Made by a program: the position numbers and the translations under genes
From: Planctomycetota bacterium
GTDB taxonomy: Bacteria; Planctomycetota; GCA-002687715; CAIWVZ01
Assembly: GCA_044222185.1 (NCBI GenBank)
Contig: JBGANV010000003.1
Location: 64,001 to 128,000 of the forward strand
Direction: 5' to 3'
DNA length: 64,000 bases
Part shown: piece after piece, positions 46,263 to 54,972 of the stretch
How positions within the stretch are numbered: the first letter of the stretch is position 1
Layout: each line of letters opens with the position of its first letter
Notes under the pieces: model-generated
Told to the model about the DNA's origin: nothing
What the model saw: only the letters and a program-made list of their open reading frames with translations
Database searches by the model: none

Positions 46263-48122
46263 TCAGTCGAACCGGGACACCCGGAGCTTCCTGAGCATGG
46301 CTCGCTTCTTCTGCTGATGGTCCTGCATGCGCTTCAGGACGTTGTCCAGGAATCGCACCGTCGCGACGGCGTGGGGCCCCTTGTTCAACATGACGCACTC
46401 CGCGCGGACGCTCATGGCGGCGTCGGTCACTTCCGCCCGCGACGGCGTGCCCTTCTTCGACATGGATTCGAGGACCTGCGTGGCCCAGACGACGGGAACG
46501 TGTGCGGCCTCGCAGAGCCAGAGGATCTCCTCCTGGACCTCAGCGAGCCGCTCGAAGCCCATCTCCACGGCGAGGTCTCCCCGGGCGATCATCACGCCGA
46601 CGGGCGGCGAGCGGAGGCCGGTCAGGAGGATCTTCGGCAGGTTCTCGAACGCCTCGCGCGTCTCCACCTTGAGCATGATCCCGAGGTGTGCCGCCCCGCG
46701 CCGCGCCAGTTCCTCCTCGAGGAGCAGGACGTCCTCGTGGCTACGAAGGAAGGACAGACCGATCATGTCCGCATGCGTCGCCGCGAAGTCCAGGTCGGCG
46801 AGGTCCTTCGCCGTGAGCGCCGGAAGGTCGAGATGACTGTCGGGGAGGTTGATGCCCTTGTCGGCGCCCAATCGCACCCCCTTCGGACCCGCCTGGGTGA
46901 CTCTCACCTCCAGGCTGTCCGGGCTCACGCGCGTGATCATGCCACCGACCTTGCCATCGTCGAGCCAGACGCGGTCGCCCACTCGCGTGTCCCGAAACAC
47001 CTCGGGGAGCCTGCACGGCACGCGGGCCGGGACCACGACCGCGCCCGCGGCATCCCGCTGCTCGCGCGACCCGTGCGTGGCGTCACGCGTCAGCACCATC
47101 ACGTCGCCGTTTCGCAGCAACGCCCGTGCGTCGACCTCCACGGGTACGTGCGTGCAACCCGATGCGATCGTGCGGCCGTTGCGCAGCACCGTGAGCGGCG
47201 TCCCGGCACGCACGTAGGCTCCGTCGTCACACGTGGCGATGACACCTCCCGTCGCCTCCACGCGCTCGACGGACAGGCGGAGCTTGCGCCCCCTCGCCTC
47301 GGTAAGGGAAATCTCATCGCCGGCCTGGAGCCGCGCGAGCGCCGCCACGTCGATCCCGAGCGTCGCGTCCTCATCGCGACCGACGACGGCCCCATCCGCG
47401 GCGATCAGCCGAACCCGGGCCGGAGCGATGGTTGCGCCGAACTCGTCGCGCGCGGGCTTCCAGCGAACGACGTTCGCCTGCGACGCGATCGGACCCGTTC
47501 GCAGCTTGGGCCCTCCCAGGTCGATCAGGACGCGGCAACGCCGACCGCTGGCGTCGCTCGCGCGCCGAAGGTTCCTGACCATCCGCTCCCACGCTTCCGG
47601 CCCATCGTGCGCCGCGTTGATGCGCATGACGTCCATGCCGGCATCCAGGAGCCCACGTACGAGGTCGGGATCGGACGCCGCCTCGGACGGCATCGTCACC
47701 ATGATTCGGACGTCGCGTCCCTCCGGACGAGCACCGAACATCTCCTGCGTGTTGCGGCGGAGCAGTTCACGCCCCACCCGGAAGTCGACGGGAGCGAGGT
47801 TCGACGACGGTCCGCGCCGGCGGTCGACGCCAGACATCCGACTCAGCGCCCACAGCACGGCATCGAGGCTCGCGAGGACGTGAGCCTCGCTCCGACCCAG
47901 CGACGAGAGCCCGACCGACGCCAGCTCTGATTGAAGATCGCGAAGGTCATGCTGCCGGAGCGCGACGTAGTGAACGAGATTGCACGCGCTCGCACGAGCG
48001 GCCGGCGCTGCCCGGTCGATGGCGGCACGGTGCTCGGCCTCGGTCGCGAGCAACTGCTCGCGCAGGGCCTCGACGGCCGCGAGCGTTCGGGCGGAGAACT
48101 CGACCGCAGGTTCTGGCGTCAC
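46263..48122 (-). CDS. pyk: Pyruvate kinase (long form with N-terminal extension)
   Basis: RIMVT.P, GMDVMRINAAH, DLGGPKLRTG, LDDGK, KGINLP, LSFLR, KVET, MIARGDL.VE, ATQVLESM...P.RAEVTD, MLNKG. Confidence 0.92.
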   Translation of the reverse strand: MTPEPAVEFSARTLAAVEALREQLLATEAEHRAAIDRAAPAARASACNLVHYVALRQHDLRDLQSELASVGLSSLGRSEAHVLASLDAVLWALSRMSGVDRRRGPSSNLAPVDFRVGRELLRRNTQEMFGARPEGRDVRIMVTMPSEAASDPDLVRGLLDAGMDVMRINAAHDGPEAWERMVRNLRRASDASGRRCRVLIDLGGPKLRTGPIASQANVVRWKPARDEFGATIAPARVRLIAADGAVVGRDEDATLGIDVAALARLQAGDEISLTEARGRKLRLSVERVEATGGVIATCDDGAYVRAGTPLTVLRNGRTIASGCTHVPVEVDARALLRNGDVMVLTRDATHGSREQRDAAGAVVVPARVPCRLPEVFRDTRVGDRVWLDDGKVGGMITRVSPDSLEVRVTQAGPKGVRLGADKGINLPDSHLDLPALTAKDLADLDFAATHADMIGLSFLRSHEDVLLLEEELARRGAAHLGIMLKVETREAFENLPKILLTGLRSPPVGVMIARGDLAVEMGFERLAEVQEEILWLCEAAHVPVVWATQVLESMSKKGTPSRAEVTDAAMSVRAECVMLNKGPHAVATVRFLDNVLKRMQDHQQKKRAMLRKLRVSRFD

Positions 48123-48224
48123 GGCTCGGCTCCACGTTTGCGACCGCACGGACCCCCGAAAACGACGCGCGCGCCGCCCGCGTCACGGGACACGGTGGCG
48201 CGCGCTTGCGGATCGAACCAGGAA

Positions 48225-51125
48225 CTACCTGATCTTGTGCATCACGTCGACGTCTGCGGCCTCACCCGGGCCGTGGCAGACGTTGCAGGACTCCTGTCCC
48301 GTGGACGACACCTTCGTGTCCATGTGCGCGCCAGCCTCCACCGTGTCGTGGCACGAGCTGCATGCCGTCTTCCACGGCTGCGCGTGCATCGTCATGTTGG
48401 TGGGGTGATCGCGGTCCGTGAAGCTCTGCCACGGTTTGGCGGAGCCATGGCACTTGGCGCAGCTCTTCACGCCCTCGGGCATCGCGGGGAACCCGACCTC
48501 ACCGACCGCGAATGCCGACCAGTTGTTGGGATAGGTCGATCCGCCGCCGAGCGCGAGCGTGTCGGCGGCTGCGTTCTCGAGCTGGGTTCCTGCATGCAGG
48601 CGATGCAGGAACTGGCGGAAGTGGACGCCGATCCCCAGCGTCGCCGGCGCGTTGGGCGCCACGTATTGCGGACGGTCCGCGAAGCCCGACATGCCGTGGC
48701 ACAGGATGCACGTGTCGTATCCGCGTCGGCCCGAACCGTGCGCGAGCACCATGTCGTGGCAGGAATCACAGGAGGCTCCCGACGTCAGGTACGCGGTCGG
48801 TTCGAGCGTGGTCGCGGATCCCACGAGGAAGTCCACGGTCATCGGGTCGCTGGCAATCCGGTAGGTCTGCGTTTCGCCGTGGCGAGCCACGACGGCGTTG
48901 AACGAATCCCAGATGCCGATCGTGTACGTCCCGCTCGCGATCGGCTTCCCGCTCCAATTGCCGTCGTTCTCGGACAGGTCCGCCGATTCGTTCAGTGCGT
49001 TCGGGTAAAGAGCCGGCAGCTGGAAGTCCGTCGTGTAGGTCACGATGACCTGGTTGCCCGTGCCGAATTCCGTGACCTCGGTGATCTGCCCCGTGGCCGC
49101 GTTCACCGTGTAGTCCGTCGTGACGGTCTTCGTCGTGAGGGTCACGGGCGCGACCGACACGCCCGACGCATGCGAGTACCGCAGCGACGGCTGGTAGGTG
49201 GACGAGCCGCCGGACGCGAACCACAGCCGGTTGCCGGAGACGGTCTGGACTCGGAGGTACTCCTCCTTCCCGGGGACACCCGATTCGATCACCAGGTAAC
49301 CGTCCCTCACGAAGCCCGCGGCGCTCGCCACGTCGATGTAGTTCTGCATCGGGACGCCGGCGGCGGTGAGAGTCGTCGACGCAGCCGTCGCCGTCCGAAC
49401 GCGCACGGACGTCAGAGCGTTGGTCACGTTCCATTGCGGGATGCGCGCGGTCGTGAACGTCTCCAAGGCCCCCGTCGACGTGCCGACCAGCTCCAGTTGG
49501 ACGAGTTCAGGCACGTTGACGTTGTAGGTCGGTCCGGTGCCGAGCGCCGCGACCGGAATCGACAGGTTGTTGACGAAGTTGCGATTGTTGGTCGGCCCGA
49601 CGATCACGCAGCTGACCGACCCCGCGAGTGCCGACGGCGCGATGGGCGCGCCCAGGTCGTTGGTGATGGTGAACGTCAGCGCGATCTTCTCGCCGACGTC
49701 TATGCGCCCGTTGGCGTTGTTCGCGCCGGCCTCGGCGACGGTCTGAAGGTTGATGTGGATGCCCGTGTTGATCGCGGGATCCGTCATCGGGTGCGTGTGT
49801 GCTTCCTGCGTGTCGAGGATTCCCGTCGGGCTGTGACAGGTCGCGCAGGCCGAGTCATCGGGCTGCGGCGGCATCGCGAGGACGTTCGCCTCGTAAGGCT
49901 TCGTCCAGTCGATGTCGTCGTGGCAGGAACCGCACGCACGGCGGGTGGGGTTCGTGTAGATCGTGTCGCCCTGCGCGGGTGCCGTGAGCGGGCCCGAGCC
50001 GTCTGGATCGCCGTGACACTTGGCGCACGCCGTGACACCGGTCCGGATCGTGTCGTCGAGCGCCTTCTGTGTCGTCGTCAGCGCCGTGTATCCGAAGCGA
50101 CGCGGCATCGCCGACGAAAGGTTCGGCCAAACGGGGAAGACGACCTCGGAGAAGTCGAGTACCGAGTTGTTGAAGCCGACGAGCTTGTACGGCGTCGGCG
50201 TCGCCCCGTAGTTCCGCGTGCCGTCGCTGTTCGTCGAGACGCCGAGTACGGATGGCAGGTGCTCGCCGTTGTGGATCTTGTGGATCATCACACGGAAGTC
50301 GATCGATGCGCCGGGCGTGCCGCCCTCCACGGATGCCACGTTGCGATCCTCGGAGCCCGAGGTGTGGCACAGCACGCAGAGCTTGACGTCACGGCGGAAG
50401 GTCCCATGCGCGCGGACCTGGTCGTGGCATTGGGCGCAGTTCTCGTTCTTGACCAGCTCTCGGTGCTCGATCGTCGTCGCGCCCCCGAAGAGGAAGTCGC
50501 GCGTGACGTTGATCGGGTCACGATAGACCGTCTGTCCGACGATGTAGTTCTTGTAGCCCTCGATGCCGAGGGTGTACGTGCCGGGCACGAGCGCCTGGCC
50601 AGTGAGCTCGCCGTCGCCGGCGCCGAACGCCGTCGTGTCGTTCAACGGCGCGCCGAACGTCGCCGGGATCGGCATCGGGAACGTGTAGCTGTACGTGCCG
50701 TCCGTGTTAGTGACCGTTCGCGAGATGAAGTCCGTCTGGCGCGGAATCACGACCTGGTAGTTGGACGACGGCCCGGAGATGTAGGCGGAGGCCGAGTTCA
50801 GATCGGTGACCTTCAGCGCGGTTCCGTTGGTCTTCGTCAGAGTGAAATTGATGACGGGCGTATCACCGACGCGGAACGAGCCGCCAGCGCCAGTGCCGCC
50901 GGCGAACGAAGTGATCGTGAAGACTGCGCCGGGGAGGCTTTCGTAGATGTTCAGCGGAACGGGATCCGGTGGAGTCACGACGACTCCGCCGCCACCACCT
51001 CCGCCACCGCCGCCGCCTCCTCCTCCCCCACCACCGCCACCACCACCACACGCCACGAATGCGAACCCAGCGACCGCCGCCACCACGAGGCGGATGAAGC
51101 ACGGTCGTAGTCTTGTTGAACGCAT
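48225..51125 (-). CDS. Decaheme c-type cytochrome lipoprotein, OmcA/MtrC family
   Basis: Ten CxxCH motifs in two groups of five (CAQCH, CVLCH, CAKCH, CGSCH, CATCH; CDSCH, CILCH, CAKCH, CSSCH, CNVCH), each group preceded by a beta-rich domain. F..MIHKIH.G and FLHRLH.G. Lipobox AFVAC. Confidence 0.9.
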   Translation of the reverse strand: MRSTRLRPCFIRLVVAAVAGFAFVACGGGGGGGGGGGGGGGGGGGGGVVVTPPDPVPLNIYESLPGAVFTITSFAGGTGAGGSFRVGDTPVINFTLTKTNGTALKVTDLNSASAYISGPSSNYQVVIPRQTDFISRTVTNTDGTYSYTFPMPIPATFGAPLNDTTAFGAGDGELTGQALVPGTYTLGIEGYKNYIVGQTVYRDPINVTRDFLFGGATTIEHRELVKNENCAQCHDQVRAHGTFRRDVKLCVLCHTSGSEDRNVASVEGGTPGASIDFRVMIHKIHNGEHLPSVLGVSTNSDGTRNYGATPTPYKLVGFNNSVLDFSEVVFPVWPNLSSAMPRRFGYTALTTTQKALDDTIRTGVTACAKCHGDPDGSGPLTAPAQGDTIYTNPTRRACGSCHDDIDWTKPYEANVLAMPPQPDDSACATCHSPTGILDTQEAHTHPMTDPAINTGIHINLQTVAEAGANNANGRIDVGEKIALTFTITNDLGAPIAPSALAGSVSCVIVGPTNNRNFVNNLSIPVAALGTGPTYNVNVPELVQLELVGTSTGALETFTTARIPQWNVTNALTSVRVRTATAASTTLTAAGVPMQNYIDVASAAGFVRDGYLVIESGVPGKEEYLRVQTVSGNRLWFASGGSSTYQPSLRYSHASGVSVAPVTLTTKTVTTDYTVNAATGQITEVTEFGTGNQVIVTYTTDFQLPALYPNALNESADLSENDGNWSGKPIASGTYTIGIWDSFNAVVARHGETQTYRIASDPMTVDFLVGSATTLEPTAYLTSGASCDSCHDMVLAHGSGRRGYDTCILCHGMSGFADRPQYVAPNAPATLGIGVHFRQFLHRLHAGTQLENAAADTLALGGGSTYPNNWSAFAVGEVGFPAMPEGVKSCAKCHGSAKPWQSFTDRDHPTNMTMHAQPWKTACSSCHDTVEAGAHMDTKVSSTGQESCNVCHGPGEAADVDVMHKIR
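50985..51047 (-). repeat. GGN trinucleotide tract encoding 21 consecutive Gly
   Basis: CCR/CCY repeats on the + strand, directly after the lipobox Cys. All four Gly codons are used. Confidence 0.9.
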
Positions 51126-51433
51126 GTGCTGCACTCCGATTGACCAACGAACCTTCCGTCACCGTTTGGCGACGGAGGAACGTAGGTGCGCGCGGGAGCG
51201 TTCCGAATAAGGCTCATGCGCAGTCAGAAGTGCCCATTGGGCGTATGAGAAGGTCTCAAGTCCGAGGACTTCGACCGTCAAATCGAGATCGACTCGCAGG
51301 CGCGCCGGTTCCTCGCCGCACTCCCGGTCGAGACGGCGCAGCACACTCGCGCACGCCCGGAGGATCACCGTCGTCGACGGTCCGCGACGAGAGCTCGTGA
51401 TCTGCGTGAGCCGCTCGCCGCATGCGCTCGCGC

Positions 51434-52210
51434 TCACGGGTGTGGCGCCGCGCCGCGCGGCCGGGCCGTGCCGCCGCCGAGGAGCATGCAGACGCCGTCG
51501 GGAACGTGGGCGAAAGACGTCCAGCCTGCCCCCACCGAATCCTCGAGCCAGAACTCGATCGGCCGCGACTTGCCGGCGTCCCCGCAGAACTCCATGGGCT
51601 CTGCCGCCCGAAAGCACGTCCGCAACCAATCGTCGACGACGTCGGCCTCGATCCGCAGCTCGCCATCCGTGACGGCGAGGAGCCAGTCGCGCCGCAAGCT
51701 CGGCTCCCCGGGAAACTCCCCGAGGACTCCGCAGGGCGCCGTCCATTGGCACAGCCGTGCAGCCTCGCGCGAGTCGAGTCGCGGAAGGTCGTCGCGGTGC
51801 GGGAAACGGCGGTTGAGCGCGCGGAGGCGCTCCCAAGCAGCGGGGCCGAACAGCGGTGCTCCCCGGCTGCGCAGGAACGGGGGCGGGCCGTAGTCGTCCA
51901 GTTCCCAAGCGCCTCGGCCCATGGCGCCAAAGGAAGGAACCCAGATGACTCGATCACCGATGCGTCGGAGGGCCACCCACCCCCCGGGCGCACAACCTGC
52001 GCATCCGCAATACTCGCATGCCGAAACCTGGGTCGCGTCCGGATCCACGTCGACCCACTCGATCGCGTCCACGAGGCGGACCCCCGACGCGAGGACGGTC
52101 GTGTCACGACGACGCGACTGACCCCATGACGACAGGTCGAACTCGGCGGTCGTGACCTGGATGTCGTCCGCGCACCAAGCCACCGACGCCGACTGGCGGT
52201 TCGCCGTCAT
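51434..52210 (-). CDS. Hypothetical protein with Cys cluster
   Basis: 258-aa ORF with ordinary globular composition and CEYCGCAGC. Co-oriented with its neighbours. Confidence 0.5.
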   Translation of the reverse strand: MTANRQSASVAWCADDIQVTTAEFDLSSWGQSRRRDTTVLASGVRLVDAIEWVDVDPDATQVSACEYCGCAGCAPGGWVALRRIGDRVIWVPSFGAMGRGAWELDDYGPPPFLRSRGAPLFGPAAWERLRALNRRFPHRDDLPRLDSREAARLCQWTAPCGVLGEFPGEPSLRRDWLLAVTDGELRIEADVVDDWLRTCFRAAEPMEFCGDAGKSRPIEFWLEDSVGAGWTSFAHVPDGVCMLLGGGTARPRGAAPHP

Positions 52211-52232
52211 CCGAGTGCGCCCCTTGCCGCCG

Positions 52233-53777
52233 TCACGCGAGAAGCCGCTGGCGGGCCTCGCTCAATCCGGGAGCTTCGAAGCCGAAGCCGCTGGCGACGA
52301 CGCGGGCCAGCGCCGCGAGATAGAGCCAGCGGAATGCGGGTCGCGAGGACGAGAACTCCTCGATCGCCGTGCGGAAGAACTTCTCGTGATGCAGGGCGCC
52401 GTCGCTCTCGACGGCATGGGTCAGGCACGTCGCGATCACCGGGTCGGCCGGGAGATCCAGGCTGCCGTAGCGCTCGACGAGCGCGGCCGCGGCCGCCTGA
52501 TCGCGACCGCGGATGCTCTCCTCCAACGCACCCACGACGTCCTTCGGGACGACGGCAGCGGCACGATCGCGAGCGCTCGCATGATGCGGCTTGCCCAGAT
52601 CGACGGAGCCGCTTTGGCCTCCGGTGTGCCAGCCCGCGGCGATCATCGTGGCGGTCGACGTCGCCGGAGTGGTGACCGCGGCGATGCGGCGCCATGCGCT
52701 CGCTGCATCGGAGGCATGGACACCGACGGAGGCTCCGTGGACGCTGCCCTTGGGTTTGCCGGGATTCTCCCGAGTCGTACCCGGGTCGTGCAGTAGAAGC
52801 CGCACGGCCGCGAGAGAGATCGCCTCGCCGACGGTCGCCAGCCCGAGGCCCTTGGAAAGCGCGTCGGCGACCTCGCGTGCTGCGGCGTCCGACGTCCCAG
52901 CCATGATCCGCGCTGCGAGGGCGTCGAGCGTCGCGTCGTCCGCTGGCTTCGCCGACGGGCGGACGTCCCCGTCGAGGTGGAACTCGGTCATGAGCTTCGG
53001 GACCACGTCGCGGATCGTGGGAGCGGGCCGCCCGTCCTTCGCACGCGATCGTTCGCGGTCGACGCACTGGCGCAGCGATTGTCGCAACATCACCTGCGCG
53101 TTCTCCGCGCCGACGAGGCTGATCATGTCCCAGGCGCGCCACGCGAGCACGACCTGGTGAACGTCGACGTTGTCGCGCACCAGAGGCTGAAGGGCGTCGA
53201 ACGCGGCCCCAGCACCGTTCGAGATGATTCCGGCGAGGGATCGTTCGGCCGCGCCGATGTCGCCAGCTCGCTCCGCTGCCAGCATGGCGGCGGCGTCGGA
53301 TCCGGTGGGCGCGCCGACCTTGCGCAACACCTCCTTCTCCCGCCCTCCCCGTTCGCGCATGCGCGTCGCGTTCCGTTGCAGGACCTTCAGCACGGGAAGG
53401 GCCGCGAGTTTCGGGTCTGGCATCTGGGCAGCCATCTGACGCGCCGGGATGAGCGCCATGGCGCAGTGGTAGCCCGTGTAGTCCTCACCGCCGAAGGTGC
53501 GCGCGTTCGCCAGCGCCGCGGCGGCAACCAGCGTGTCGAGGGGCGTTCCGGCGCGAAGTCGTTCCACCGCTCGCCGCACGCACAGGTCCGGCGGCGTGTC
53601 CTGCATCTCGCGAACGAGCGGCTCGAACCGCCCCAGGTCGAGACGGTCATCCGGGTCCTGCAGTGGCCGCGTGCGAATTCCGAGCGGCCTCTCTCCGAAG
53701 CATGCCGGCGCCAACAACGCCAGCAACGACCCACGCCCCAGGTTCTCGAGGAACTCGCGTCTATCGATGCCGTTCAC
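52233..53777 (-). CDS. Tat-exported conserved hypothetical helical protein with His motifs
   Basis: GTG after GGAGG; Tat motif DRREFL. AALANARTFGGEDYTGYH, DVHQVVL, SVHGASVGVHASD, GALHHEKF. Confidence 0.7.
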   Translation of the reverse strand: MNGIDRREFLENLGRGSLLALLAPACFGERPLGIRTRPLQDPDDRLDLGRFEPLVREMQDTPPDLCVRRAVERLRAGTPLDTLVAAAALANARTFGGEDYTGYHCAMALIPARQMAAQMPDPKLAALPVLKVLQRNATRMRERGGREKEVLRKVGAPTGSDAAAMLAAERAGDIGAAERSLAGIISNGAGAAFDALQPLVRDNVDVHQVVLAWRAWDMISLVGAENAQVMLRQSLRQCVDRERSRAKDGRPAPTIRDVVPKLMTEFHLDGDVRPSAKPADDATLDALAARIMAGTSDAAAREVADALSKGLGLATVGEAISLAAVRLLLHDPGTTRENPGKPKGSVHGASVGVHASDAASAWRRIAAVTTPATSTATMIAAGWHTGGQSGSVDLGKPHHASARDRAAAVVPKDVVGALEESIRGRDQAAAAALVERYGSLDLPADPVIATCLTHAVESDGALHHEKFFRTAIEEFSSSRPAFRWLYLAALARVVASGFGFEAPGLSEARQRLLA

Positions 53778-53904
53778 GTCGGATCCTCCCAGGCTCGAGA
53801 CCGGCCGCGCACCCGCGGCGCGCGAGTGCGCCACGAGCTTAGTCGGCAGGTCCGCGGGTGTCACGCCTCGAGTGACGACCTGGCGCGGCGACGGTCAGCG
53901 CCGC

Positions 53905-54321
53905 TCAGCGGCTCTTCAGCACCTTGCCATGCCCGATCACGGCGATGCAGTCGATCTCGACCAGTGCGTCCTTGGGAAGACGCGCCGCCTCGACGGTCGA
54001 ACGCGACGGCGGGTTCTCGGAGAACGTCTTGCCGTAGATCTCGTTCATGGCGGCGAAGTCGCCGAGGTTCTTCAAGAACACGGTGCACCGCACCACGTCC
54101 GTCGTGAGGCAGCCGGCAGCGGCGAGTACGGCCGTCAGGTTCTTCAAGACCTGCACCGTCTGCTCGGCCGTCGTGCTGCCCACCATCTGCATCGTCTTCG
54201 GGTCCAACGCGACCTGCCCCGAGCAGTAGACGACGCCGTTCGAGATCACCGCCTGGCTGTAGGGACCGATGGCCTGGGGAGCACCGTCCGTCTTCACGAT
54301 CGAGCTGTCTCGTTGTGACAT
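53905..54321 (-). CDS. ridA: RidA/YjgF family reactive intermediate deaminase
   Basis: APQAIGPYSQAV, SGQ, F..MNE.Y...F...PPSR..V...LPK..LVEID.IA. Confidence 0.93.
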   Translation of the reverse strand: MSQRDSSIVKTDGAPQAIGPYSQAVISNGVVYCSGQVALDPKTMQMVGSTTAEQTVQVLKNLTAVLAAAGCLTTDVVRCTVFLKNLGDFAAMNEIYGKTFSENPPSRSTVEAARLPKDALVEIDCIAVIGHGKVLKSR

Positions 54322-54341
54322 GGCTTTCCGTTGCGGGTTGG

Positions 54342-54830
54342 TCAGGGCTTGGACTTCAGGCGTCGTGCGAGCGCCGACGCCACGGGCGCCGGGACGAAGC
54401 GCGAGACGTCACCGCCGACGACGGCGATCTCGCGAATGAGGCGGCTCGACGTGAGCGCCCACTTCTCGTCGGGCATCAGGCAGATGGTCTCGATCTCGGG
54501 AGCGAAGCCCCGATTCGTCATCGCCATCACGTACTCGCTCTCGAAATCGGACACGGTGCGGATGCCGCGGAGGATGACGCCGAGGCCGCGGCTGCGCGCG
54601 CAGTCGACCGCCATCCCCTCGAACGTCACGACGTCGAGGTTCGCCAGGCCGCTCGTCTCGGCGCGGATGAAGGCCATCCGCTCTTCGGCGGTGAACAACG
54701 GCGACTTCGTGACGTTCGTGCCGATGGCGACGACGAGCCGATCGAACATCCGACTCGCGCGGCGGATCAGGTCCAGGTGCCCGAACGTGACCGGATCGAA
54801 GCTGCCTGGATAGAGGGCGTTCATTCCCAT
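54342..54830 (-). CDS. coaD: Phosphopantetheine adenylyltransferase
   Basis: YPGSFDPVTFGHLDLI.R, LF..EER, RGIR..SDFE.E..MA..N, SS.LIREIA..GGDVS.FVP. Start 54824 or 54830. Confidence 0.95.
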   Translation of the reverse strand: MGMNALYPGSFDPVTFGHLDLIRRASRMFDRLVVAIGTNVTKSPLFTAEERMAFIRAETSGLANLDVVTFEGMAVDCARSRGLGVILRGIRTVSDFESEYVMAMTNRGFAPEIETICLMPDEKWALTSSRLIREIAVVGGDVSRFVPAPVASALARRLKSKP

Positions 54831-54972
54831 GACGAGGCGGCATCGTAGCAGCGATCGCGTCGGCGCGTGGCCGTCTCCCGGAAGCCGCCACGAGGCGCGC
54901 GCATCGGCTTCCGGCCATCGCTGGCCGCCGACGACGCTCGATCCCCCGGGTCGCCGACGATACAGTCGCGCC

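Noticed and set aside
50985-51047. Repeat tract as CRISPR, microsatellite phase-variation switch or poly-Pro ORF
   Set aside because: It is an in-frame poly-Gly with mixed codons and has no spacers or cas genes. Triplet slippage would not shift the frame.
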